Source: Candidatus Buchananbacteria bacterium (GTDB lineage Bacteria; Patescibacteriota; Patescibacteriia; Buchananbacterales; UBA6539). From it: a DNA stretch of 64,000 nt. Below the pieces are notes generated by a model. The model ran no database searches. It saw only the letters and a program-made list of their open reading frames with translations, and had not been told where the DNA came from. Below, piece after piece: positions 37,984 to 48,206 of the stretch. The stretch lies in the NCBI GenBank assembly GCA_013359225.1, contig JABWCG010000001.1, forward strand, positions 497,627-561,626, in the 5' to 3' direction. Within the stretch, counting starts at the first letter, position 1; the number at the start of each line of letters is the position of its first letter. The position numbers and the translations under genes are program-made.

Positions 37984-40900
37984 TTATTTAGTGCCCTTTA
38001 ACTCATCTAGCTGGACTTGCAGTTTCACAATCTGTTCTTGCTGTTCTTTGATAGCATTTAACATAGCGTAAATAATTGAATTCTGATTTAGCCCGAGATA
38101 CCCCTTGTCGTCGTACGAAACCGCTTCGGGAATTATTGGCTCAACGTCCTGAGCAATCAAACCAACCTGCTGTTTAGTTGAAAGGTTATACGGGTTACCA
38201 GCCTTGAAACTAAAGACCACCGGATTTAAAGCTAACACTTCATCAAGACCATACTGGTATCGGCCGGCAATATTTTTCAACCGAGCGTCTGATTTCGGAT
38301 CAGTACCTTCGCAGATACCCGAAATATTACAGGTTTCGTCAGTGGCACAAGTACCGCAAGTACCACCACAACCATTATCACCACATTCTTTGCCGGAACA
38401 ATTTGGTGTACAGGCTGAAACAATACCGCCAGACCAGCTGGTTTTACATTCGCCGTTAGCAAAACAAAGTTTATCAACGTACACACCACGACCGCCCGTA
38501 AAGTACCCTGAGTATCCCGTGGAATTGGTAACTGATCCCTGGACACCAATACCGTTAGGCGTAGCCGAAAAACCAAAGACACCAACACCATAACCGCCGG
38601 TACCACCGACGTTTTGAGCCAAGGAGCCCCAGACTGAGTCTCCCACGCCAGCTACGCTATCTTGAGTATTATTAGTACCGACCACCGCTTCAGTGCTCTG
38701 CCCAGAAATCGCTGTACGTAATCGAACAGCTGCATGAGTAGCAGTGCCAATACCAACACTACCATCTTTATCAATTTCCATTCTAACCTGTGGCGGCACC
38801 GCGCCAGTCGCGCCGGTTCGCGGTTGAGTAAAGAATCTAATTTTACTGCCGCCGCTAGAAGAATTAGTATAGCGCCCAGACACAAAATCAACCACGCCAT
38901 AATTGGCATCACTAGTATTCCAATAAGTGTTAACCAATAAACCGTCATATTCACCAGAATTAGGATAAGTCTTTTCACCAGCATTAGCACCGCTGTAAAT
39001 ATGAAGTTCGGCGTTAGGGGTAGCGGTATGGATACCGACATTGCCAACGTTCGCATTATAGATATTGTTACCCGAAGTTACCCAGGTAGGCTTATTGAAC
39101 AAAATGGCGTTAATGATCATCTGAACATCTACCGCATTAACACTGCCGTCACGATTAAGATCAGACCTTGAACGGTAAATTGTGGTACAGCTGGCAACAC
39201 CAAGCGTACAATTAACCACGATTGTTTGATCTGCCTCATCTACCTTACCGTCAGCATTAACATCATAACCTAAACCGCCCGGAGTTGAACTGCCACCGGC
39301 AGCACCAATACAATTGCCACTGCCGTCACAGATTGTTCCGTTTGCTTTAATGTTGCCGGCTACGTGTAATTTGTTCCCTGAGGTATTAGTTGGCACTATA
39401 CCAAGACCAACATTGCCGTTCGTTGATATTAAGAAGAAATTCTGCCAACCAGCTTGGGCCGTAGTCAAGTTATCTTGGCGATAAATTCTAAACAACTTAT
39501 TGTAATTTGAGCTACTTGGGTAATAATAGTTATCCATCACCCAAACGTCTGAAGTCAGCGGATTACTTGGACCATTACCTAAAGTCATGCGAGCTCCATC
39601 AAGACCACTGGCTAATATCTGCCCATCAACATGAAGATCAGACACCGGGTTAGTTACGCCAATACCGGTATTGCCATTAGGATTGATATTAAAGGCCTCA
39701 ACATGAGAACCATTTGCCGCCCCGGTGTAATAGTTAATCCGAAACGCATTATCAAGCGTGACACCAGCATCATCCTTACCACTTCGGTGCCAAATGCCCC
39801 AATATTGATTACCAGTACCCCAACCGATACCGTTATCCCACAAACGAATACCGGAATAAGCGTATGGCGGACGATTGGCATAGGTAGTGCCGCTATAGGT
39901 GTCAAGCGCATTGCCGTTCACCGCATTAATAGTTAATCCGTTATTACCGCTATCCATGACCGTACCGTCATTCCAGTTTCCGCCGGAAGTGTTAATTCCG
40001 ATTCGACCGTCATTTTTAATAACAAGTGGAGTTTTTCTGCCGGTATTCGCATTAGCCCCAGCTGCCGCGTCAGGTACCACGCTAAACATCCAGTCTCCCC
40101 ATTCTTTCATTTCAATTGTTCCCGAAGGGCCGCGTCTGGTTTTTTTCATCGTATCAGTTGCCGCGTCATAATATTCATTCACCCGAAAACCGCCACCAAA
40201 AATAGCACCATAACTAGAACGATTGGAATTGTTAAGTTCTGCCACGGTTGATGGAAACGCAAGGCTTTCGTTATAATAGGCTTCAATTTCCGCCTGGCCG
40301 CCACCCGTTGTCGGGTTTGATCTAAAGAAAGTAGTGCCGGCCACATCAAGTCGCGCTTGAGGGTTGGTTACACCGATACCCACAAAACCAAACTTATTGT
40401 TGTCAGCGGTGTTAATCCAAATACCCTGCCCGCCCGGATAGGTTGGGTTGGCGACAACTAAAGCAAATTTCTCATTGATATCTGAAAAACGGCTGTTCGG
40501 ACCAACATTACCGACAATACCCGAAGCATTTTGTCCCAATAACTCAATACGAGAAATTTTATCCGGACCTTCGTCAATTAATATCTGCGGCACGCCCGAA
40601 CTTCTAAATGGCCTGGTAGCCGACATTGCTGCCGGTAGCCCTGCGCTTTGCAGCTGGGCAACAGTCAGGCCGCACTGGGTAATCCCGGCGGAAGTTAGAC
40701 AAAGGTCGGTGTGAGCGTCAATCGTACCGCGGGCGCTTAGCCTGTTTAAAGCAATTTCACCGTTGGTAATAGCAAACGTATTACTGTCAGACAGGGTCGT
40801 TAATGCCTTGTCTTGAGAGAGTTTAATACCAATTGAATCAGCTCCTGTTACATTCATTCGTCCTAAATATGTCGCTGAACCAGCACCGGTACCGGGAACA

Positions 40901-41688
40901 AACACTCCACCCTCACCAATACAATTGCCAGTGCCGTCACAAATTGTTCCCGAAGCTGTAATATTGCCCGTAACGCTCAATGGCTGATTGGCAACAATTT
41001 GATCTCGCTTTAAGGTCAATACCGCCTGGTCATTACCGCTCGACAAATAATTCAAGTTATTTACAAACACCAACTGGTCGTTGGTATCATCACCCCACTT
41101 AACAATCAATTGATCACCATCGCCGCTTCCAGTACCGCCCTGAGCCACCGTGCCTTCAGCAAAAGACGGATATACTTCAAACCAGTCATTCAAAAAATGA
41201 AACTGCGTTTTGCCGCTGTTATAAACGCGCAAACCAAGATCGTTAGGATCGTCACCACCGTCGTTATAAATCCAACCGCGGCTGTCCTGGCTCCAAAAAC
41301 TGCCACCACCAGTAACACCATCCCAAGAGCTAACACAGCTTGCCGCATCATAAGGCGGTAAACATACCTGGGGAGTTTTGATCGCACCCTGACCGATAAT
41401 TACTTCATTAGAAGTGCCTTCCGCGACAATGACCTGGCTTTCAACCTTAGCCGGACCGGTAATATTAATTTGGGCATTTTGCCGCTGGCTGGAGCTGTTA
41501 AAAATAAACCCGGGAGGGTTACCTTCCGGTGGGTTACCCGGAGGCCCTTGGTATTGAGCCAAAACCACCGCACTGGTAACAAAAAAAGTGACAGCAAACA
41601 CCGTCACCATTACGACCACTGAACTAAACTTTGTTGTTAGTTTAACTTGGTTTTTCATAAATTTACCCACGATTCTCGTTACAAACAC
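37984..41688 (-). CDS. Giant (1234 aa) surface fibre protein with a C-terminal phage tail-fibre-type intramolecular chaperone (peptidase S74) domain and dockerin-like Ca-binding repeats.
   Basis: The N-terminus has a TM anchor. GTICDG(T/S)GNCIG occurs twice. Dockerin/EF-hand-like pairs are DVNADGKVDEAD and DLNRDGSVNAVD. A Cys-rich knot precedes SDARLKNIAGRYQYGLDEVLALNPVVFSFK...VGLIAQDVEPIIPEAV...YLGLNQNSIIYAMLNAIKEQQEQIVKLQ, which matches the S74 autoproteolytic chaperone consensus. Confidence 0.75.
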   Translation of the reverse strand: MFVTRIVGKFMKNQVKLTTKFSSVVVMVTVFAVTFFVTSAVVLAQYQGPPGNPPEGNPPGFIFNSSSQRQNAQINITGPAKVESQVIVAEGTSNEVIIGQGAIKTPQVCLPPYDAASCVSSWDGVTGGGSFWSQDSRGWIYNDGGDDPNDLGLRVYNSGKTQFHFLNDWFEVYPSFAEGTVAQGGTGSGDGDQLIVKWGDDTNDQLVFVNNLNYLSSGNDQAVLTLKRDQIVANQPLSVTGNITASGTICDGTGNCIGEGGVFVPGTGAGSATYLGRMNVTGADSIGIKLSQDKALTTLSDSNTFAITNGEIALNRLSARGTIDAHTDLCLTSAGITQCGLTVAQLQSAGLPAAMSATRPFRSSGVPQILIDEGPDKISRIELLGQNASGIVGNVGPNSRFSDINEKFALVVANPTYPGGQGIWINTADNNKFGFVGIGVTNPQARLDVAGTTFFRSNPTTGGGQAEIEAYYNESLAFPSTVAELNNSNRSSYGAIFGGGFRVNEYYDAATDTMKKTRRGPSGTIEMKEWGDWMFSVVPDAAAGANANTGRKTPLVIKNDGRIGINTSGGNWNDGTVMDSGNNGLTINAVNGNALDTYSGTTYANRPPYAYSGIRLWDNGIGWGTGNQYWGIWHRSGKDDAGVTLDNAFRINYYTGAANGSHVEAFNINPNGNTGIGVTNPVSDLHVDGQILASGLDGARMTLGNGPSNPLTSDVWVMDNYYYPSSSNYNKLFRIYRQDNLTTAQAGWQNFFLISTNGNVGLGIVPTNTSGNKLHVAGNIKANGTICDGSGNCIGAAGGSSTPGGLGYDVNADGKVDEADQTIVVNCTLGVASCTTIYRSRSDLNRDGSVNAVDVQMIINAILFNKPTWVTSGNNIYNANVGNVGIHTATPNAELHIYSGANAGEKTYPNSGEYDGLLVNTYWNTSDANYGVVDFVSGRYTNSSSGGSKIRFFTQPRTGATGAVPPQVRMEIDKDGSVGIGTATHAAVRLRTAISGQSTEAVVGTNNTQDSVAGVGDSVWGSLAQNVGGTGGYGVGVFGFSATPNGIGVQGSVTNSTGYSGYFTGGRGVYVDKLCFANGECKTSWSGGIVSACTPNCSGKECGDNGCGGTCGTCATDETCNISGICEGTDPKSDARLKNIAGRYQYGLDEVLALNPVVFSFKAGNPYNLSTKQQVGLIAQDVEPIIPEAVSYDDKGYLGLNQNSIIYAMLNAIKEQQEQIVKLQVQLDELKGTK

Positions 41689-41741
41689 CGAGAATCTATA
41701 TTAATCTATGATTAAAAATTATGGTTTAGGGAAAAAATACT

Positions 41742-41770
41742 TTTGACCAAACCCCCTGTTTATTATATAA
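41742..41770 (+). promoter_or_regulatory. Near-consensus sigma-70 promoter for lemA.
   Basis: TTGACC (41742-41747), a 17-nt spacer and TATAAT (41765-41770), about 105 nt upstream of ATG 41876. Confidence 0.45.
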
Positions 41771-41875
41771 TCTATTTAAACAAAAATAAAATTTCCGTAT
41801 TTAAATTTTACCATAAAACTTAATTTTGAGCAATTAATTTAGCTTCCTAAAACAGGAGCAAGGAGAAAAGAACTT

Positions 41876-42430
41876 ATGAACAATACATTATGGATAATTT
41901 TGGGGGTCGTAGCCGTTATTGCGGTGTGGCTTATTGGGGTTTTTAATAGCTTAATTAGGCTAAAAATTAGAACCCAGGAAGCTTTTTCAGACATTGACGT
42001 CCAATTAAAACGTCGGCACGACTTAATCCCAAATTTAATTGAAACAGTAAAGGGATATGCACAACATGAGAAAGGTTTATTTGAAAAAGTGACTCAGGCT
42101 CGGGCTGCCGCTATCAACGCCAAGGGTGCTGCCGAAAAAGGCCAGGCGGAAAACATGCTAACCGACGCACTGAAGTCCGTTTTCGCTGTTGCCGAGAATT
42201 ATCCAGACCTCAAAGCTTCACAAAACTTTTTACAGCTTCAAGATGAGCTATCTGATACTGAAAACAAAATTCAAGCCGCCAGACGATTCTACAACGGCAA
42301 CGCCCGAGACTTTAACATTAAGATTGAAGTATTTCCTAATAATCTCGTAGCCGGCATGTTAGGCTTCACTAAATTTGAATTCTTCCAAGCAGACGAAACT
42401 GAACGAAAAAACGTCGAAGTTAAATTCTAA
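41876..42430 (+). CDS. lemA: LemA family protein.
   Basis: N-terminal TM plus the LemA domain (DIDVQLKRRHDLIPNLIETVKGYAQHEK...). Confidence 0.85.
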   Translation: MNNTLWIILGVVAVIAVWLIGVFNSLIRLKIRTQEAFSDIDVQLKRRHDLIPNLIETVKGYAQHEKGLFEKVTQARAAAINAKGAAEKGQAENMLTDALKSVFAVAENYPDLKASQNFLQLQDELSDTENKIQAARRFYNGNARDFNIKIEVFPNNLVAGMLGFTKFEFFQADETERKNVEVKF

Positions 42431-42484
42431 CTTGAAACTTAAATCTTAAAACTTGAAACCAGCCGTTCAAGTTTAACGTTTCAA
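42431..42484. repeat. Cluster of CTTGAAAC / GTTTCAAG motifs forming a hairpin-capable intergenic element.
   Basis: CTTGAAAC at 42431 and 42452, and its reverse complement GTTTCAAG at 42477, with ACTTGAA...TTCAAGT pairing. Lies between lemA and the M48 gene. Confidence 0.4.
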
Positions 42485-42501
42485 GCTTCCAACAAAACTC
42501 A

Positions 42502-43398
42502 ATGTACCAACAAATTGATAGCAATAAGAAAAAAACCTTTTTATTAATGGCGATTTTTTTCGCTGTGGTGCTTTTAGCCGGATTTGCCTTTGGTGAGTAT
42601 TCCGGTAGCAGCTTTATTGGTGTTGGTGTGGCGGCCATTATTTCTTTAGTAATGGCCGGTACTAGCTACTACCACGGTGACCAAATTGCGCTGGCGACTG
42701 CTGGTGCCAAAGGACCAATTAATAAAACTGACAACCCGTACCTTTACCGGATTGTTGAAAATTTAGCCATTGCTTCGGGTTTACCCATGCCAAAAGTCTA
42801 CATCATTCCCGATCAGGCGATTAATGCTTTTGCCACTGGCCGAAACCCGCAGCACGCTTCCGTCGCCGTCACCACCGGCGCCATTGAAAAACTGGAAAAC
42901 GAGGAGCTTGAAGGTGTTATGGCTCATGAACTGTCCCACATCAAAAATTATGACATTCTATTGATGACGGTAGTAATTGTCTTAGTCGGGCTGCTTGCGC
43001 TCTTGTCTGACTGGTTTTTACGGATCCAACTGTTTGGATCGCGACGCGATTCAGACAACAACCATAACGGGCAACTTCAAATTATCCTAATAGTAATTGG
43101 CGTGGTACTACTAATAATTTCTCCGATTCTGGCAAAAATTATCCAGTTAGCAATTTCTCGCAAGCGTGAATTCTTAGCTGACGCTTCTGGTGCGTTAATA
43201 ACCCGCTATCCGGAAGGGCTCGCTAAAGCGCTGGAAAAAATTGACGGCGAGAGCATGTCGATCAGACGGGCTAATAATGCCACCGCTCACCTATATATTG
43301 CCAGCCCCTTTGGCCGGACCAAACACATGATGTCAAAATTATTTGCCACTCATCCACCAATTGAAGAGCGCGTTACGGCATTGCGTAAAATGATTTAA
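42502..43398 (+). CDS. htpX: M48-family Zn metallopeptidase (HtpX-like), partner of LemA.
   Basis: HEXXH motif HELSHIKNYD, TM helices, and a LemA-M48 gene pair. Confidence 0.8.
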   Translation: MYQQIDSNKKKTFLLMAIFFAVVLLAGFAFGEYSGSSFIGVGVAAIISLVMAGTSYYHGDQIALATAGAKGPINKTDNPYLYRIVENLAIASGLPMPKVYIIPDQAINAFATGRNPQHASVAVTTGAIEKLENEELEGVMAHELSHIKNYDILLMTVVIVLVGLLALLSDWFLRIQLFGSRRDSDNNHNGQLQIILIVIGVVLLIISPILAKIIQLAISRKREFLADASGALITRYPEGLAKALEKIDGESMSIRRANNATAHLYIASPFGRTKHMMSKLFATHPPIEERVTALRKMI

Positions 43399-43401
43399 AC
43401 T

Positions 43402-45888
43402 ATGTCTTCTATTTTTGAAAAATTTAGCACTCACTCAAAAAATGCCATCAAGCAGGCGTTTAGTTTTGCGTTAGCGGCCGGACACAAAGAAATCACTCCG
43501 CAGCATCTGCTCTACGGCTTAAGTCTGCAAAAAGGCAGCATTGCCTCACAGATTTTGACTAAGTCAAAACTTGATAAAACCTACATCAAAGAGCAACTAA
43601 CCACCCTTAATCAAGCCAATAAAACCATTACTAATATTGATCTTGCGCCGACCACTAAACGGATTTTGGAAAAATCATTTCTGCTAGCAAGCCTCAACCG
43701 CCACAAATATATTGGCACTGAGCATTTACTGGCATCGCTTCTGGACACCAATGACCCAACTATTACGGATTTTTTCAAGCAGCAACGTATTAATTCTGAC
43801 GACATCAAACAGCAGATCAGGGTAATTTTTAACAGCACCTCAAAATTTCCCGATCTTGGCGACGCCATCAACTATTTTCGCGATGAAAGTAAACCGGAAA
43901 ATTATTTTCAGCCGCCAACACAGGTGGCGACGCCATCATTAACTCTGGAAGTTTTTGCCACAAATTTAACCGACCCAAAAATTCAAAAAAATATTGACCC
44001 GGTTATCGGCCGGCAGGAAGAAATAAGCCGCGTTATTCAAATTTTGTCGCGCCGAAACAAAAATAACCCACTCCTACTCGGCGACCCAGGAGTCGGCAAA
44101 ACTGCCATCGTGGAAGGGCTGGCTAAAAAAATCCTTGACAATGACGTGCCTGAAGTTCTAATCGGCAAAAAAATCTACGCCCTAGACCTTAGTCTGGTTG
44201 TTGCCGGTACCAGTTTTCGAGGCGAATTTGAAAACCGCCTCAAACAAATTATCGGTGAAGTTAAAGCTAATCCGGACATTATTTTATTTATCGATGAAAT
44301 CCACAATATCATCGGTGTTGGTTCAGCAACCGGTTCAATGGATGCAGCTAATATTCTCAAACCAGCCTTAGCCCGAGGTGAAATAAAGTGCATTGGTGCC
44401 ACCACGCTGGACGACTATAAAAAACAGCTTGAAACTGATCCGGCGCTTGAACGACGCTTCCAACCGGTCACGGTTAATCAGCCAGACGTAGAAAAAACCA
44501 TTGAAATTCTCAAGGGCGTCAAAATTAATTATGAAATTTTTCATCAGGTTGCCATTAGTAATGAAGCAATCATTGCTGCCGCGACACTTTCTGACCGCTA
44601 TATCAATGATCGGTTTTTGCCCGACAAAGCAATTGATCTTATTGACGAAGCAGCCTCAGAAACCAAAATTAAGACGGTTGCCAATCCGCTAACCAAAAAA
44701 ATCTGGGAAATTGAACGCAACTTACGGCAAACAGCTGAAAAAAAACAGCAGGCGGTTAAAGAAGAAAAATTCAACTTAGCCTTGAAATTCCGCGATCAGG
44801 AACAGGAGTTGATCACTGAATTAAAAACCTTACGCGAAAAACAACTTCATAGTAAAAGAAAACTGCCGGAAATCGGGCCGGAAAATATCGCTAGAATCGT
44901 CTCAAAAATTACGGGCATTCCCCTCTCTGACCTAGTGGTCAAAGAAAAGGCCAATCTCCTAAAAATTGAAAAATCATTATCAAAAAAAATTGTTGATCAA
45001 GACGAAGCTGTGTCGGCGATTGCGCAATTCATCAGGCGATCGCGCACCGGCATTGCTAACGCCAATCGCCCCATTGGCTCATTTATTTTTCTTGGACCTT
45101 CCGGCGTCGGCAAAACTGAACTGGCTAAATCTCTGGCCCAAGTAGTATTCGGCAGCGCTCAGAGTTTAATAAAAATAGACATGTCGGAATTCGCCGAGAG
45201 TTTTAACATTTCAAAATTAATCGGCGCGCCGGCCGGCTACGTCGGCTACAAAGAAACCACCAAACTAACCGACGCTGTACGCCGCCGGCCATATTCGGTG
45301 GTACTGTTTGACGAAATTGAAAAAGCTCATCCACAAGTTTTTAATCTAATGTTACAGATTCTTGAAGATGGGTACCTCACTGACGGTGCTGGTAAAAAAA
45401 TTAACTTCCGCAACACGATTATCATCATGACCTCAAACCTTGGATCAGACGAATTTAACCGCCAGGGAGCTTTAGGTTTTCAAGAAACAACCCCGGCGGC
45501 GAAACAACAAATTGAAAAAAACTTTAGCGAAATCCAGCAGGGAGTGTTTAAAAAACTCAAAAATAAATTCCCGCCGGAATTCTTAAGCCGAATTGACAAA
45601 ACTATCGTTTTTCAACCACTCAGTGAAAAAGCGATGACTAAAATCGCCAAACTTCATCTTGAAGAGCTTAAAGATCGTTTAAACAAACAAAGTCTTACCC
45701 TTATCATTAATCCAAAAGTAGCCACGTATATTGCTAAACATAGCTACAGTCCGGAAATCGGTGCTAGAGCAATCCGCAAAAACATCCAAGATCTTATTGA
45801 GAACCCTATTGCCACCAAAATTCTAACCCAAAAAGATGTTACTAAAAAAATCTCTATCACCGTTAAAGATAATAAAATAATTATCTAG
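43402..45888 (+). CDS. clpC: Clp/Hsp100 AAA+ chaperone, ClpC-like.
   Basis: Clp_N repeats. Two Walker A motifs are present: GDPGVGKT and [12 protein letters not shown]. The middle domain is short. Length is 828 aa. Confidence 0.85.
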   Translation: MSSIFEKFSTHSKNAIKQAFSFALAAGHKEITPQHLLYGLSLQKGSIASQILTKSKLDKTYIKEQLTTLNQANKTITNIDLAPTTKRILEKSFLLASLNRHKYIGTEHLLASLLDTNDPTITDFFKQQRINSDDIKQQIRVIFNSTSKFPDLGDAINYFRDESKPENYFQPPTQVATPSLTLEVFATNLTDPKIQKNIDPVIGRQEEISRVIQILSRRNKNNPLLLGDPGVGKTAIVEGLAKKILDNDVPEVLIGKKIYALDLSLVVAGTSFRGEFENRLKQIIGEVKANPDIILFIDEIHNIIGVGSATGSMDAANILKPALARGEIKCIGATTLDDYKKQLETDPALERRFQPVTVNQPDVEKTIEILKGVKINYEIFHQVAISNEAIIAAATLSDRYINDRFLPDKAIDLIDEAASETKIKTVANPLTKKIWEIERNLRQTAEKKQQAVKEEKFNLALKFRDQEQELITELKTLREKQLHSKRKLPEIGPENIARIVSKITGIPLSDLVVKEKANLLKIEKSLSKKIVDQDEAVSAIAQFIRRSRTGIANANRPIGSFIFLGPSGVGKTELAKSLAQVVFGSAQSLIKIDMSEFAESFNISKLIGAPAGYVGYKETTKLTDAVRRRPYSVVLFDEIEKAHPQVFNLMLQILEDGYLTDGAGKKINFRNTIIIMTSNLGSDEFNRQGALGFQETTPAAKQQIEKNFSEIQQGVFKKLKNKFPPEFLSRIDKTIVFQPLSEKAMTKIAKLHLEELKDRLNKQSLTLIINPKVATYIAKHSYSPEIGARAIRKNIQDLIENPIATKILTQKDVTKKISITVKDNKIII

Positions 45889-45892
45889 TCAC

Positions 45893-46843
45893 ATGGCCAG
45901 CCCAGCCAGACAACTTCCTGAGGATTTATCTACCCAACCAAACAACCAGGCCACAGTGTCTGATAATATTATTAGTTTTGATAGCGCTCAGCGTGATCGC
46001 GAACTCTCGCGACAACTTAAAGCCATTCAATTAGATGCCAAAAGGGCAGCTAGTGAACTTATTGACCAAAAAATTACAGACAATTTGTCAGCTGTCAGCC
46101 AACGCTATCAAGACTATACCGGGCAAAATCCAACTGAAGCTATTCAAAGGATTGTTGCCGGGAAAAGTAACATCAAAGATGAAATATCTCAGGGTCTTAG
46201 CGGCGCGGCTGAAAAAATGGCGCCAAAGCTAGAGCAGGCAACTGTTAATGCCTTAAAACAGGCAAAACAAAAAGCGGAATCTCACGCGTCCGAATCAGAT
46301 CAAAAATTTTTAGCTGAGCTAAAAACATCTGCCGGCAGACTAGAAAAATTATCTTCGCTAGAAGACGGCCATCTAAAAAATCTCCGGGCATACTATGAGG
46401 GTCTTCGCCTTGCCTATATTTTACGGTCGGATATCGCAAAAGATAATTTTGATGGCATTACCTTTATTTTCGTCTTAACCTTAAGTATCGTAAAAGACTT
46501 GGTTATTGATGTGCCAAGCGTTACCGCTGAAACGGCCACGGTAGGGATTGCTGCAATCCTAACCACTCTCCTAAAAGGAATTATCGGCTTCGCTGTATCG
46601 GGATTTCTTTTCTTCTTTTATTTTGGAAGAAGCTCCTGGACTAAAAGATGGCTAGTCCGGCGGTTTTTAGGGACTATTGTAATTGAAATCACTCCATGGC
46701 TAAGCCTTATTCCCAGCTATACTTTAATGGCTATATTCCTCAAATTAAAAATGGACAAAAAAAATAACGAACGGCAAAAAGAACTGGAACAGGTTGAAAA
46801 AAGAAACAAAAAACTTAAACGACAACTCGATAAGGCCAGCTAG
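45893..46843 (+). CDS. Hypothetical membrane protein with a coiled coil.
   Basis: Soluble N-terminal coiled coil, C-terminal TM helices and a Lys-rich tail. Confidence 0.45.
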   Translation: MASPARQLPEDLSTQPNNQATVSDNIISFDSAQRDRELSRQLKAIQLDAKRAASELIDQKITDNLSAVSQRYQDYTGQNPTEAIQRIVAGKSNIKDEISQGLSGAAEKMAPKLEQATVNALKQAKQKAESHASESDQKFLAELKTSAGRLEKLSSLEDGHLKNLRAYYEGLRLAYILRSDIAKDNFDGITFIFVLTLSIVKDLVIDVPSVTAETATVGIAAILTTLLKGIIGFAVSGFLFFFYFGRSSWTKRWLVRRFLGTIVIEITPWLSLIPSYTLMAIFLKLKMDKKNNERQKELEQVEKRNKKLKRQLDKAS

Positions 46844-46845
46844 AC

Positions 46846-48201
46846 TTGTATTACTTATTTTCTGAGCCAAAATATGGTATACTGAGTGTAACGGATTTGA
46901 CTAAAAGTCTTAACTTACACATTATCATGTCTTTTAACTGGAAAAGAATTATTATCCTAATAATTTTTATCCTAACTGTTATTCTGGCGGGATATCTTCT
47001 TTATTATCTCTTTTTACGCCCGGCGGTTCCAACCGGCCCAAGCGGGGGTGGTGTTGGAAATGTTAATACCGCTCCAGGCGGATTGCCGCCAACCGGCACC
47101 AACGTCAATATTCCCATTGGCGGCAACATTAATGGTTCGCTTCCCGGCACCAACGTTTCAACCTCAAGTCAGGCTATACCGCCACAAGCACCAACTACCG
47201 GCCCTACCCCAACCGAAGTCGCGAACGGCGGGCTGACCAAAAGTAATCAGCTAACTTCTGTTCCCGCTTTCCAACCGACTATGACTGCTGACGGCACTGG
47301 AGTTATCTACTATGATAAAACCACCGGCCTCTTTAATAAAATTGGCAGTGACGGCAAGACCACTGCATTAAGTGAAAAAGTATTCTTTGAAGTACAAAAT
47401 ATCACTTGGTCGCCAAACCGCAATAAAGTTGTTCTTGAATATCCTGATGGCTCAAATATCGTATATGACTTCCAAACCGGACGACAAGTCAGCTTGCCAA
47501 AACATTGGAAAGATTTTGACTTTTCTCCCAGCGGTCAACAATTGGTTGTAAAAAGCATGGGTGACAGCGAAGAAAACCGCTGGCTAGCAGTCACTAACAC
47601 TGACGGCTCACAGGCTAAAAAAATTGAGCACCTTGGAGATAAAGATGCCTCTGTCTATCCGTCCTGGTCACCAAACAACCAGGTAATTGCCATGTATACT
47701 GAATACAAAAATTTTGACCAACAAAATTTGTACTTTCTTGGCCAAAATGATGAAAATTTCAAATCAACCATTATTGAAGGTCGTGGACTTCAAACCAAGT
47801 GGTCAACCAAGGGAGATAAATTGCTTTACAGTGTTGACTCTTCAACATCAAATAACAAACCAACACTTTGGATAGTTGACGCCCAAGGAGAAAATATTGG
47901 CAGCAACCGCCAGAATTTAAAAATCGAAACCTGGGCCGATAAATGCACGTTCGCGGACAACGCCACTATTTATTGCGCTGTACCAACTTCCTTGCCTGCT
48001 GCTGCCGGACTTTTCCCTGACCAGGCCGACACCTCTCCAACCGATATCTATAAGATTGATCTAGCAACCGGCCTTCGCTCAAAAATCGCCACTCCTTCTG
48101 GGGATGCCAACATTGACAGCTTAATGGTCAGCCAAGACGGAAATTATCTTTACTTCACCAATAAAACTGACGGCCGTCTCTACAACTTGCGGCTTCAGTA
48201 A
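46846..48201 (+). CDS. Membrane-anchored TolB/PD40-like beta-propeller protein.
   Basis: Likely start at ATG 46927 (MSFNWKRIIILIIF). A Pro/Gly/Thr linker is followed by repeated SPNRNKVV / FSPSGQQLVV / SWSPNNQVIA blades. Confidence 0.5.
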   Translation: MYYLFSEPKYGILSVTDLTKSLNLHIIMSFNWKRIIILIIFILTVILAGYLLYYLFLRPAVPTGPSGGGVGNVNTAPGGLPPTGTNVNIPIGGNINGSLPGTNVSTSSQAIPPQAPTTGPTPTEVANGGLTKSNQLTSVPAFQPTMTADGTGVIYYDKTTGLFNKIGSDGKTTALSEKVFFEVQNITWSPNRNKVVLEYPDGSNIVYDFQTGRQVSLPKHWKDFDFSPSGQQLVVKSMGDSEENRWLAVTNTDGSQAKKIEHLGDKDASVYPSWSPNNQVIAMYTEYKNFDQQNLYFLGQNDENFKSTIIEGRGLQTKWSTKGDKLLYSVDSSTSNNKPTLWIVDAQGENIGSNRQNLKIETWADKCTFADNATIYCAVPTSLPAAAGLFPDQADTSPTDIYKIDLATGLRSKIATPSGDANIDSLMVSQDGNYLYFTNKTDGRLYNLRLQ

Positions 48202-48206
48202 AATCT

